A stretch of 64,000 nt of DNA from NCBI GenBank assembly GCA_016935525.1, contig JAFGQU010000002.1:98560-162559 (forward strand), read 5' to 3'. This DNA is from Candidatus Omnitrophota bacterium (GTDB taxonomy: Bacteria > Omnitrophota > Gorgyraeia > Duberdicusellales > 4484-171). Below are positions 37,795 through 47,332 of this stretch, piece by piece (the stretch's first letter is position 1; each line of letters begins with the position of its first letter). The translations under genes and the position numbers were made by a program. Below the pieces are notes generated by a model that did no database searches, was not told where the DNA came from, and was given only the letters and a program-made list of their open reading frames with translations.

Positions 37795-38670
37795 ATGTCG
37801 ATCTCAATCGTAATGCCTACCTATAATTGCCGGGACCTCATCGCCGACACGTTACATCCCCTCCTGGCCGCACCCGGTTATTTCCAGGAATTGATCATTA
37901 TTGATAACGGATCAAACGACGGGACCAAAGAATTTATCCAAAACCGATACCCCGATATCACCCTTATCGCAAACTCCCACAATCGCGGAGCAAGCGCCGC
38001 TCGTAATCAGGGAATCGACCGGGCCCAGGAAGAATATATTTTATGTATGGATTGTGACGTGATGTTAAGTAAAGGATTTTTTAAAAACCTCAAGAGGATC
38101 CTGAAAAAACTGCCTGAAAGTGTCGCCGCCATCTCGCCAAAAACCATCCAGTCCGGCACCGACAAAATATTCTCTTGCGGACTAGCCGTCTCCTCTCTAT
38201 TAAGAACCCATGATATCGGCAAAAATAAGGATACCGCCTCATTGGGGAAAAGAAAACCTATCGACGGCCCCAACACCTGCTGTGCGATCTACCGTAAAAA
38301 GTATCTCGATTTGGTAAAAGAGCATTCTTATTTTGACGAAGACTTCTTTTTTATCGGAGAAGATGCCGACCTGGCCTTACGGTTTAAGGAGAAAGGATTC
38401 CTTTGCCTTATGTTTCCGCAATTAACCTGCAGCCACCGGGGAAAAAGTTCCGGGTTTTCAGACCAACGCCGGCGTTATTTCTCATTCCGTAACCGTCTTT
38501 ACATGATCCTCAAACATTATCGGGGAAAAAATATGGCTTCCTTTTTTATAAGAAGTTTTTTCTATGATGTTATCCGTACCGTTCATTTTTTCTTAACCAA
38601 CAAGTACGCTTTTAACATATTTTCCGACCTCTATGAAAAATGGCAAAAAGAAAAAAATAATCATATTTAA
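37795..38670 (+). CDS. glycosyltransferase family 2
   Basis: 'SIVMPTYNC', 'IIIDNGSNDGT' and 'CMDCD' are GT2 motifs. Confidence 0.65.
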   Translation: MSISIVMPTYNCRDLIADTLHPLLAAPGYFQELIIIDNGSNDGTKEFIQNRYPDITLIANSHNRGASAARNQGIDRAQEEYILCMDCDVMLSKGFFKNLKRILKKLPESVAAISPKTIQSGTDKIFSCGLAVSSLLRTHDIGKNKDTASLGKRKPIDGPNTCCAIYRKKYLDLVKEHSYFDEDFFFIGEDADLALRFKEKGFLCLMFPQLTCSHRGKSSGFSDQRRRYFSFRNRLYMILKHYRGKNMASFFIRSFFYDVIRTVHFFLTNKYAFNIFSDLYEKWQKEKNNHI

Positions 38671-39757
38671 TCCGGCCGCGAACCTTTATGGGACCGAACG
38701 CGGGCTTATGAATTTTATCAAAGCTATTGGCGATAGGTTCGAGGTTACCGTAATCCTTCCCGAAACCGGGCCGCTCGTCGAACAATTGAGAAGGTTACCC
38801 TTTTCTTGCCGGATAAAAATATTTCCTCTTGCGATACTCGTCAATTCGTATTCTCCCCTCTATTATCTGTTCTTTTTGATGTATTCTCTGCTCAATGTAG
38901 GGTACTTCACTCTCTATATTGCCGTAAAAAAAATAGATATCGTCTGTACGAACAGCTTATTGATCCCGACCCCTGCGCTTATCGCCTGGATTTTGAAACG
39001 CACACACATCTGGTATATCTGGGAGATGAGCCCGCGGGTGGCGTTAAACCGGTTATGTTCCCGGTATATCCAGACTTTCTCTTCTGCGATCATCTGCGCT
39101 TCACACACGATTAAAACATATCTTGCTCTTCCGGATTCGACTAAAGTGGTGTATAATCCGATCGATCCGGCGCAATATCGAATCTATGCCCCGGCCCGGG
39201 CCCGAAGAGATCTGGCGTTACCTCAAGCAGCTATCGTCCTTACGATAATCGCGCGCATCCACCCTTCAAAAGGTCAGTTGGAGTTTCTTCGTTCTTACCA
39301 TACAATACTGAAAAAATATCCTGAGGTAATTCTCCTTATCGTAGGCGATATCGGCGTGAAAACATTACGGAATAGTATGTACAAAAAAAACCTGTTACAT
39401 TTCATCCGCACCCACTGTCCGAATAACATCCGCTATGTAGGTGCCCGTAACGATATCGATAAGCTACTCTCGGCCAGTGACATATGTATCTTCCCTTTTT
39501 GCCGGATCGAACCGTTCGGGATAGCGCTCGCCGAGGCCCTCAGCTTTCAGAAACGGTGTCTTTTCCCCGGCTCCGGGGGATTTAAAGAAATCGGCACGCT
39601 GTTCTCGCAAGGTGAAGAGTTACGCCAGGACACACTCGAGGAAGCCATACTCCAATGCCGGACATCAAAAAAAGAAACCGTTAAAGAATTATTCGTTCCT
39701 TTTGCTCTCTCGGTCGATTATTATACACAAGCTATTGAAAACATTCTTGCACGATGA
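38633..39757 (+). CDS. glycosyltransferase family 4
   Basis: 'CRIEPFGIALAEALSF' is the GT4 E-x7-E region. N-terminal 'KKIIIFNPAANLYGTERG'. Confidence 0.6.
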   Translation: MKNGKKKKIIIFNPAANLYGTERGLMNFIKAIGDRFEVTVILPETGPLVEQLRRLPFSCRIKIFPLAILVNSYSPLYYLFFLMYSLLNVGYFTLYIAVKKIDIVCTNSLLIPTPALIAWILKRTHIWYIWEMSPRVALNRLCSRYIQTFSSAIICASHTIKTYLALPDSTKVVYNPIDPAQYRIYAPARARRDLALPQAAIVLTIIARIHPSKGQLEFLRSYHTILKKYPEVILLIVGDIGVKTLRNSMYKKNLLHFIRTHCPNNIRYVGARNDIDKLLSASDICIFPFCRIEPFGIALAEALSFQKRCLFPGSGGFKEIGTLFSQGEELRQDTLEEAILQCRTSKKETVKELFVPFALSVDYYTQAIENILAR

Positions 39758-40890
39758 AAAATCCGGAAAAGAAAATCCTCTTTATCATTACCCATTTAAA
39801 GTTAGGCGGCGCCCAGAAACACCTGTTTTCTCTTATAGACCATTGCCTGGCATCCGGATATACCGTACACCTTATCACCGGAAGAGACGGCTTTTTCTTG
39901 CAAAAGCTGATCAAATTTCCTCAATTAAAGGTTATATGCATCCCGGCTCTGGTCAGACACATCAATTTATTTAATGATATCGCAAGTTTTTTCACGATCT
40001 ATTTTTATATAAAAAAACATACATTCTCGCTCGTCCACACTCATTCTCCCAAAGGCTCTTTTCTGGGACGATGGGCGGCATATGCATCCGGCGTAAAAAA
40101 TATCGTCTATACGGTCCATGGCTGGCCGTTTCACTATCCGATGAATATTCTTACGTATGGGTTTTATGCATTTCTGGAAAGGATCAGCGCGCGGATCACT
40201 CGAAAGATCATCATCGTTTCCTCTGCCGATTTGAATACCGCGTTACAAAAGAAAATCGCGCCCCCTGAGAAGATGGAACTTATCCACTGCGGCGTACACG
40301 TAGAATACTGCGAAAAAATATACCGTCACCGGTCCCCTCCGTTAAAAAATAACCCCATGATCATTACGGTTTCTGCGCTGAAACCACAAAAAGGACTGAT
40401 GCATTTTCTCTCCATGGCTGCCTATGTCACCGAAACATTCAAAAATGCTCAGTTCTACATTATCGGCGAAGGCCCGTTAAGAAAACAATTAGAAAAAAGA
40501 ATAAAAAATCTTGGCCTCAAAGAAAACGTGCATTTGATTGATTGGCATGAAGATCTTTCTTTTTTCTATACGCACGCCTCGCTGTTTGTACTTTCTTCAC
40601 TCTGGGAAGGATTGCCGATGGCGCTTATCGAAGCGGTGCTTTCGGGAATACCGGTTTTAGTCAGCGACACGCAAGGCATACACGATATCGTTTCGCAAAA
40701 CGAACAAGGCCGGATCGTGAGACTTGACTCGCTTGATTCTTTAGGAAAAGTATGCCGAGAGTTATTGCAGAATATCGAGTATTGGAATATAATAGTCTCA
40801 CACGCCAGGAAAAATATTCTTCGCGATTACTGGTCCGAACAAAGGGCCTTAAGAGAAATAGATTCGTTATATTCTCGATTGTGTATATGA
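39754..40890 (+). CDS. glycosyltransferase family 4
   Basis: 'WEGLPMALIEAVLSGIPVLVSD' E-x7-E motif. ATGA overlaps on both sides. Confidence 0.65.
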   Translation: MKNPEKKILFIITHLKLGGAQKHLFSLIDHCLASGYTVHLITGRDGFFLQKLIKFPQLKVICIPALVRHINLFNDIASFFTIYFYIKKHTFSLVHTHSPKGSFLGRWAAYASGVKNIVYTVHGWPFHYPMNILTYGFYAFLERISARITRKIIIVSSADLNTALQKKIAPPEKMELIHCGVHVEYCEKIYRHRSPPLKNNPMIITVSALKPQKGLMHFLSMAAYVTETFKNAQFYIIGEGPLRKQLEKRIKNLGLKENVHLIDWHEDLSFFYTHASLFVLSSLWEGLPMALIEAVLSGIPVLVSDTQGIHDIVSQNEQGRIVRLDSLDSLGKVCRELLQNIEYWNIIVSHARKNILRDYWSEQRALREIDSLYSRLCI

Positions 40891-41852
40891 CATATGCATT
40901 AAATTTTTTCCTGACGCTCACCATTTCTTTTGTTTTCTTTTCATTCCTGCTCAAAATCTCATCCCGGATCAAGCAGTTTCAGGACCAGGGAGTCTCGGTC
41001 CTGGGCGGGACCGGCATACTGTTTTCCGGTACTCTGTTTCTCGCCTATATTCATTTTTACCGTTCTCCGTTACCGCCGGAGCTGCTCAACATCTGTCTTT
41101 TTGCCTCTATTATTTTCTTCGTAGGATTACTGGACGATATCCGCGAGCTTTCGCTTCTTTTAAAACTGATAATCCAGATTGTCGTATTCGCCCTGTTTCT
41201 TTTGACTGCCAAAGGGGTACACATATATTTTTTGCCGGGATACCTTAACTATCTTATTTCCTTTTTGTGGCTGGTGGGTATCACCAATGCCTTTAATTTA
41301 CTCGATATCAATGACGGCCTCTGCAGCGGAGTGAGCCTGCTGACCGGACTTTCCTTTGCGATCGCTGCATTCCTTTGCAACGATATCATCATCACTCATC
41401 TTTTTATCTGTATTTCGGCGACGTTATTCGCGTTTTACGTCCTTAATGTCCCCCCAGCCAGGATGTATTTAGGAAATTCAGGAAGTCACTTCCTGGGATT
41501 CCTTTTTGCGTCCTTAAGTATGCACATAGATTATACGGCCATCGCACGGACCTATACCGTTTTGATTCCTCTCCTTTTTCTGGCCTTCCCCATTCTCGAC
41601 ACTTTCTTCCTCATCTTCGCCCGGGCTAAAAGGGGGATCCTTCCGTTACATAAAAGTAATGACCATATTTTTATGCGGCTGACAAAAAAGGGTATCCGTT
41701 ATCACCGCGCTCTGCTTATTATTTATATGGTGACGATAAACTGGTGCGCAACCGGTATCTTTATGCTGTTAGGAAAAGAAATTGCCGCCATATGCTGTCT
41801 GATTATTGCCGGTATCTTAACCTTACTTACGATAAAAAAAGCCCGCCGATAG
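40887..41852 (+). CDS. polyprenyl-phosphate sugar-1-phosphate transferase (WecA/MraY family)
   Basis: 'VGLLDDIRELS' and 'TNAFNLLDINDGLCSG' are MraY/WecA signature motifs. Start placed at MTYALN, which overlaps the upstream stop as ATGA; the track ORF starts at 40752. Confidence 0.65.
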   Translation: MTYALNFFLTLTISFVFFSFLLKISSRIKQFQDQGVSVLGGTGILFSGTLFLAYIHFYRSPLPPELLNICLFASIIFFVGLLDDIRELSLLLKLIIQIVVFALFLLTAKGVHIYFLPGYLNYLISFLWLVGITNAFNLLDINDGLCSGVSLLTGLSFAIAAFLCNDIIITHLFICISATLFAFYVLNVPPARMYLGNSGSHFLGFLFASLSMHIDYTAIARTYTVLIPLLFLAFPILDTFFLIFARAKRGILPLHKSNDHIFMRLTKKGIRYHRALLIIYMVTINWCATGIFMLLGKEIAAICCLIIAGILTLLTIKKARR

Positions 41853-41853
41853 A

Positions 41854-42618
41854 ATGGCAAAACTTATTTTTCTGGGAACATCTTCCAGTATCCCCTCGGT
41901 TCGACGCGATAATACCGCCTTACTCTTACGCTATGGAAATACCTCTTTATTAATCGATTGCCCCGGCTCACTCGTCCAGAAACTCTCTAAAGCCCATATC
42001 GATTTCAAAAAAATCCGCCGGGTAATCATCACTCATCACCATATCGATCATTATTACGGACTGTTCCACCTCATCCACGCTCAAGCTTATATAAACACAA
42101 AAGTAACGATATACAGCAACCTTGCGGTGATCGGTTTATTGAAAACGCTTCTTAAAAAAATGGACCTTACCCGCCCGCGGTATCCCAAAATAGAATTTAA
42201 GGATGTCTTTTCAAAAAAATATTTCTATTCTCATGGCGGTCTTACCATACGCGCGGTAAAGAATTGTCACGTCGATGATTCTTTCGGAACGAAAATATCG
42301 TTTCGAAAAAAGAATATATTATACAGTTCAGATACTGCCCTTTGCTCATCCGTAATCGCCCAGGCCGCAGATTGCGATTATCTTATTCATGACTGTACCG
42401 CGTCGTCTTCTTATTTCCGCAGGCATCCCCGGTTGGATGAAGTCCATACCAACGCTAAAGACCTTACCGTGACGTTTATTCGTTCGAAAATAAAAAAAAT
42501 AATCCCGGTACATTTTTTATTACTGCGTAAAGACGAAGAACAAAAGATAAAAAAAGAATTAAAACCTTTCGGTAAAAGGCTGTTTTTCCCTTCGGATTTT
42601 GACGTAATTGAATTTTAA
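41854..42618 (+). CDS. MBL-fold metallo-hydrolase
   Basis: 'ITHHHIDHYYGL' matches the HxHxDH motif. Confidence 0.55.
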   Translation: MAKLIFLGTSSSIPSVRRDNTALLLRYGNTSLLIDCPGSLVQKLSKAHIDFKKIRRVIITHHHIDHYYGLFHLIHAQAYINTKVTIYSNLAVIGLLKTLLKKMDLTRPRYPKIEFKDVFSKKYFYSHGGLTIRAVKNCHVDDSFGTKISFRKKNILYSSDTALCSSVIAQAADCDYLIHDCTASSSYFRRHPRLDEVHTNAKDLTVTFIRSKIKKIIPVHFLLLRKDEEQKIKKELKPFGKRLFFPSDFDVIEF

Positions 42619-42636
42619 GAAAGGGCGGGCATGGGT

Positions 42637-43305
42637 TCAGGTGCTCTTTAAGAGACGGCGGGCAGCATCCATATAATCTGCCTGCTGGATAATCGGCCGG
42701 CCGACCACAAAATAATCCACTTGAGCGCGCAGGGCATCGGCAACCGTTGCGATCCTCCTCTGGTCATCGCCGCCTTGGGCGCGGATCCCCGGAGTAATGG
42801 TTATAAGTGAAAGGTCCGTTTTGATTTGTCGGGCTTCCCATACACTGCAAACAACAGCTTCTAATCCGGCGATCGAAGCATCCTGAGCCAGAGAAAACAC
42901 CTTATCAATACTGGAGACCTGAGAGGTAAGTTCAGTCACTCCGACAAGGAGCGGTTTACGAAGCTTCTTTTTGTCCGCATGCTCCCGTAATGAATCCGCG
43001 AGTATTTTGAGCGATTCTCCTCCGGACTTAGCATGGACCGTGATCCCCCACACACCCATATCGGTCATCACTTTTACCGCTTCCGTCATAGTGTGAGGGA
43101 TATCAAACAGTTTTAAATCAAGAAATACGTCGACTTTTTTCTTCGTCAACCATTGGATGATGTTCGGCCCTAAGAGAGTATAGGCAATAAGGCCTACTTT
43201 GAACTTTTTTACCCGGGGAGAAAGCTCATCTACAATACGTTTGATCTCTTTTTCCCGGTTGAGATCTAAGGCAACGATCAATTTATCCCAAGCCAGTTTA
43301 TTCAT
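42637..43305 (-). CDS. pyrF: orotidine 5'-phosphate decarboxylase
   Basis: 'LIVALDL' and 'KFKVGL' match OMPDC motifs. About 220 aa. Confidence 0.75.
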   Translation of the reverse strand: MNKLAWDKLIVALDLNREKEIKRIVDELSPRVKKFKVGLIAYTLLGPNIIQWLTKKKVDVFLDLKLFDIPHTMTEAVKVMTDMGVWGITVHAKSGGESLKILADSLREHADKKKLRKPLLVGVTELTSQVSSIDKVFSLAQDASIAGLEAVVCSVWEARQIKTDLSLITITPGIRAQGGDDQRRIATVADALRAQVDYFVVGRPIIQQADYMDAARRLLKST

Positions 43306-44215
43306 GCGCCCTCCCGGTCAATTCGTTTATCTTTTTTATTTTATGAGCCCGCATATACGCGATGATCCCCCCGGTAATATCTGCGCAGGCGTTCGGATAA
43401 AGAAAATTGAGCGTACCGATACTTACCACGTGCGCGCCGGCAAGGAAAAATTCTATCGCGTCGGCCGCGTTCATTACGCCGCCGCCGCCGATAAGCGGGA
43501 TATCCACTGCCTGAGCCGCGTTCCATACCCGATACACGCTTAACGGTTTGATTCCTTTTCCGGAATATCCTCCATAGCCTTTGCCTAAATAAGGTTTTTG
43601 CCGGACGATATCGATGGCCATGCCGAAAAAAGTGTTGACCAGAGACACCGCGTCAGCCCCGCCGCTCTTTGCCGCACCGACTATTTTCGCGATATCTTCT
43701 GTCTCCCCGGTCACCTTCACAATCAGGGGCCTTGCGGTCTTTGCCCGCAACGTCTTGACTACTTTATAGGTAGCGTGGGGATCCTGGGAAATCATCCGTT
43801 TTAACTGCAGGTTAGGACAGGATAAATTTATTTCATAGGCTCTGATACCTTTTACCGATTCAAGTTTTTTTAACACTTCCTTGTATTCTTCAAAGGTATG
43901 CCCGCCGATACTTACAATACATTCACACGGTATCTTTTTTATGTGCGGCACATAGTCTTGAATAAATATATCGACACCGGGATTTTCCAGCCCGATAGAA
44001 TTCAAAACGCCGGTTTCTACCTCAATGATCCGGGGCGGTAGATTGCCCACGCGGGGCTCACCCGTGATGGTTTTGGTAATAAACGCCCCCAATCGCGAAA
44101 AGTCGGTAAGCCCCTTCATCTCTAATCCGTAACCGAACGTCCCGGAAGCGCATACGATAGGTGACTTTAAAGTAAGTGTGCCTAATTTTACTTTTATATC
44201 GACTGGTTTTGACAT
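43298..44215 (-). CDS. pyrD: dihydroorotate dehydrogenase class 1B, catalytic subunit
   Basis: 'LKSPIVCASGTFGYG', 'NLSCPN' and 'IGGGGV'. Paired with a pyrK-like gene. Confidence 0.75.
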   Translation of the reverse strand: MSKPVDIKVKLGTLTLKSPIVCASGTFGYGLEMKGLTDFSRLGAFITKTITGEPRVGNLPPRIIEVETGVLNSIGLENPGVDIFIQDYVPHIKKIPCECIVSIGGHTFEEYKEVLKKLESVKGIRAYEINLSCPNLQLKRMISQDPHATYKVVKTLRAKTARPLIVKVTGETEDIAKIVGAAKSGGADAVSLVNTFFGMAIDIVRQKPYLGKGYGGYSGKGIKPLSVYRVWNAAQAVDIPLIGGGGVMNAADAIEFFLAGAHVVSIGTLNFLYPNACADITGGIIAYMRAHKIKKINELTGRAHE

Positions 44216-44223
44216 AAAAAGAA

Positions 44224-44583
44224 TTATTTGCCCAGGATCATTTTAAGAGCGACCCCTAATAAAAATACTCCAAAGACTTTCTTCAACAACGGCTCGCTTA
44301 TTCTATGAGCTATTTCGGCCCCCAGATATCCTCCGATAAAAAAACCGATACACACAAAGATCGCAAGCGATACTTTGACGTTCCCTTCGGAATAGTAGCG
44401 CATGGCCGCCAATAGCCCTATCGGCGGGACCATTAACGCCAGAGTCGTACCTTGAGCTTGATGTTGAGTCAATCCGAAAAGGAAGATGAATGCCGGAATA
44501 AGAATGGTGCCGCCGCCGATTCCGAATATGCCGCTGGCGACTCCCGCGAGCAACCCTAACAATATATACACGGCTATATTCAT
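44224..44583 (-). CDS. TauE/SafE (DUF81)-like small membrane protein, half-size
   Basis: 'FGIGGGTILIPAFIF' glycine-rich TM motif. Only 119 aa with 4 TM helices. Confidence 0.4.
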   Translation of the reverse strand: MNIAVYILLGLLAGVASGIFGIGGGTILIPAFIFLFGLTQHQAQGTTLALMVPPIGLLAAMRYYSEGNVKVSLAIFVCIGFFIGGYLGAEIAHRISEPLLKKVFGVFLLGVALKMILGK

Positions 44584-44595
44584 GAGTCCTCCTTA

Positions 44596-45411
44596 TTAAA
44601 AAATACTCTTTAAATCAAAAACCGGCCCGTCTTTACAGACCCGTTTATACCCGTCGTGTGTATCGATGACACAGCCCAGGCACACCCCTATTCCGCACCC
44701 CATGAACTGCTCAAAAGAGACTTCGCAATCACAAAAAGGATATTGTTTTAACAAACGCGCGCATTCGGCGAACATCGGTTTAGGACCGCAGGCATATATT
44801 TTTATCCGGGGATTCTTATCTTTCACCTGGATAAGTTTTTTCTCCAACGCATCGATTACCGAGCCTTTGATCCCTATAGTCCCGTCATCGCTCGCCGTAT
44901 ATATTTTGAACTGGCGGGGAAAATCACTTTTAGCAATGAGGTCTTTTTTTGTTTTTACGCCTACACACACATGTGCATCTACTAATGACCGGCCCGTACC
45001 CTGGGCTATTTTTTGTGAAAGAAATACCAAAGGAGCGACCCCCATCCCTCCGGCAACGAGAAACACATGAGAATATTTATGTGCCTCATGAAAACGAAAC
45101 CCATTCCCCAGCGGCCCCAGTATGTCGAGCGTATCGCCGCGGTGATATTCTTTCAATCGCCTTGTTCCCCGGCCGACCACCCGGAATAATAAAAAGACTT
45201 CATTCCCTTTTATCTTATGGATACTGAACGGCCTTCGTAACGATAATCCACCTCCCACATTCACATGGACAAATTGCCCGGGGCGGGCGCATCGCGCAAG
45301 ATGCTCCGAGACAAAGCTTAACCGGTAGGTCTGATAAGCGACTTTTTCTATCGTGCGCAGACTACACTGGATATGTTTTATCGCATCCCTATTTTCTGTT
45401 TTTTTCTTCAT
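44596..45411 (-). CDS. pyrK: dihydroorotate dehydrogenase electron transfer subunit
   Basis: FAD/NAD-binding ferredoxin reductase-like fold. C-terminal 'MGCGIGVCLGCV' 2Fe-2S ligands. Confidence 0.7.
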   Translation of the reverse strand: MKKKTENRDAIKHIQCSLRTIEKVAYQTYRLSFVSEHLARCARPGQFVHVNVGGGLSLRRPFSIHKIKGNEVFLLFRVVGRGTRRLKEYHRGDTLDILGPLGNGFRFHEAHKYSHVFLVAGGMGVAPLVFLSQKIAQGTGRSLVDAHVCVGVKTKKDLIAKSDFPRQFKIYTASDDGTIGIKGSVIDALEKKLIQVKDKNPRIKIYACGPKPMFAECARLLKQYPFCDCEVSFEQFMGCGIGVCLGCVIDTHDGYKRVCKDGPVFDLKSIF

Positions 45412-45458
45412 CGTATTTCATTGATCCGATATTATTGTAACGGAGCCTTTCTTCCTTC

Positions 45459-47321
45459 TCAAACGGTTTTTTGTAAAGACCGGACAAGGCCTTCTATCTC
45501 TTCTACCGCCAATAATCCCCGGACGGAATTCCCCACATATATCTTATCGGCACCGACGATGTCCTCTCTATACATGATCTTCTCCTGCGCTTTTCCCTGC
45601 CGCAACAACTCTTCGCGTAATACCCCCGGAAGGACTCCGCAGGAAAGCGGGGGAGTGAAAAGATTCTGATCTTTTTCTATATACACATTGGTCACCGCCC
45701 CTTCGGTAAGCTGACCATAGCGGTTGAAAAACAACACATCAAAAAACCCTTCAGACAGGGCTTTGTTGCGTTCACTATCGTACAAGAGCCGCTCGGTGGT
45801 TTTATGATAAAGAAAACATGAGCCCGGATCGATAATTTTATCACTGATCTTTACTCTTATCGCCGGCGCAATCTCATCGATGATTTCAAAAGTCGAGGTA
45901 ATTTTGCCGGTACGATCTACTTCAACTTTTATCTTATACATAACCCCTTCCTCAAAAAATCTTTTTAGTCTCTTTACATGACGTTTAATTTTATTCTCAT
46001 TATATTCAAACCCAAAATAGGCACAAGATTTTTTAAGACGGGCCAGATGGCCGTCGAGAAGATAACACCCGTTATGCCAACGGATCGTTTCGATAAGCGA
46101 AAAATCAGGCGGTATTTTAAGAAAAAAATCGGCTTTAAGCAACGCTTCTTTAAATTCCTGGGTATCGACCGAATCATAGACGATACCGCCGCCGATACCT
46201 ATCTCACAGTTCTTTTTAAAAGGATCCACTACCAGCGTCCGTATGGCGACGTTAAAACACCCCTGTCCCTGCGGCCCCAGATATCCGATCGCGCCGGTAT
46301 ATATCCCCCGCGCCTCGCGTTCCAGGTCACGGATGAGCTGCATGGTGCGGATCTTAGGCGCGCCGGTAACCGATCCCGACGGAAACAGAGCGGTGAATAT
46401 ATCTTTTAAAGCATACTGCCGGGGAACCCGGGCGCTCACCGTTGAGGTCATCTGGTAGAGAGTCTGATATTTCTCAATAGTAAACAGATCTTCTACCTTT
46501 ACCGTACCTTTTTGAGCGATTTTCCCCAGATCGTTACGGAGAAGGTCAACGATCATAAGATTTTCTGCTTTAATTTTAGTGTCACGTAAAAATTCGTCTT
46601 CGTAACGGACATCCTCCTCGAGATACCGGCCGCGCTGAATAGTCCCTTTCATCGGCCGGGTGATTATCCGCCGTCGATCGGTGCGGAAAAACAGTTCCGG
46701 AGAAAAAGAGAGAAAATCCCTGTCTTCGGTATGGATAAAGGCGCTGTAGGAAGTAGGCTGAGCTTTACGCAAAGACAGATAAAGAGGCACACTCTCGTAA
46801 TCAAAACATTCCGATTTTAATTTAAACGTGTAATTTACCTGATACGTCTCGCCCTGTTCTAAATAATCTTTGATCATCGCGATGCTATCGATATACTCTT
46901 TTTGAGTGATGTTAGGATGAACATCAAAATCGAGCGGATGAGTAAAATCTTCTTTGCTATCGTCCTGCCTCAACGGGTGGGTATACCGGACCGGCCGGCG
47001 GCACACGCCGATCCAGGCCAGAGGATAGCCGAGAAAAATGTCCCGGCAAGGCGCAAGTTTTCTTTCTAAAAAATAACCGAGCTCATAACTGAAAAATCCG
47101 CATATCCAGTATCCTTGACGTAAACGATCTTCTATTTTTTTAAAAAACGTATCGACACAATCGCCGGGATGAAACTTTAGGATATCGACAAAAGAACCGA
47201 AAAAGAACGACCGGGAATTTTCCCGGGAAAAAATTCCGGTCTCCAAAAACACGAACGGTTCTCCCAAGGAAGCATTAAGGATCCGGTTGACCTTTTCCGC
47301 AGGAAATGTTCTTGATCTCAT
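45459..47321 (-). CDS. pabB: aminodeoxychorismate synthase component I fused to class IV aminotransferase/aminodeoxychorismate lyase (PabB-PabC fusion)
   Basis: Chorismate-binding domain 'TRPMKGT...ENLMIVDLLRNDLG'. C-terminal class IV aminotransferase fold. Start trimmed to the internal Met so that it does not overlap mutM. Confidence 0.6.
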   Translation of the reverse strand: MRSRTFPAEKVNRILNASLGEPFVFLETGIFSRENSRSFFFGSFVDILKFHPGDCVDTFFKKIEDRLRQGYWICGFFSYELGYFLERKLAPCRDIFLGYPLAWIGVCRRPVRYTHPLRQDDSKEDFTHPLDFDVHPNITQKEYIDSIAMIKDYLEQGETYQVNYTFKLKSECFDYESVPLYLSLRKAQPTSYSAFIHTEDRDFLSFSPELFFRTDRRRIITRPMKGTIQRGRYLEEDVRYEDEFLRDTKIKAENLMIVDLLRNDLGKIAQKGTVKVEDLFTIEKYQTLYQMTSTVSARVPRQYALKDIFTALFPSGSVTGAPKIRTMQLIRDLEREARGIYTGAIGYLGPQGQGCFNVAIRTLVVDPFKKNCEIGIGGGIVYDSVDTQEFKEALLKADFFLKIPPDFSLIETIRWHNGCYLLDGHLARLKKSCAYFGFEYNENKIKRHVKRLKRFFEEGVMYKIKVEVDRTGKITSTFEIIDEIAPAIRVKISDKIIDPGSCFLYHKTTERLLYDSERNKALSEGFFDVLFFNRYGQLTEGAVTNVYIEKDQNLFTPPLSCGVLPGVLREELLRQGKAQEKIMYREDIVGADKIYVGNSVRGLLAVEEIEGLVRSLQKTV

Positions 47322-47332
47322 CCAACGCCTTT

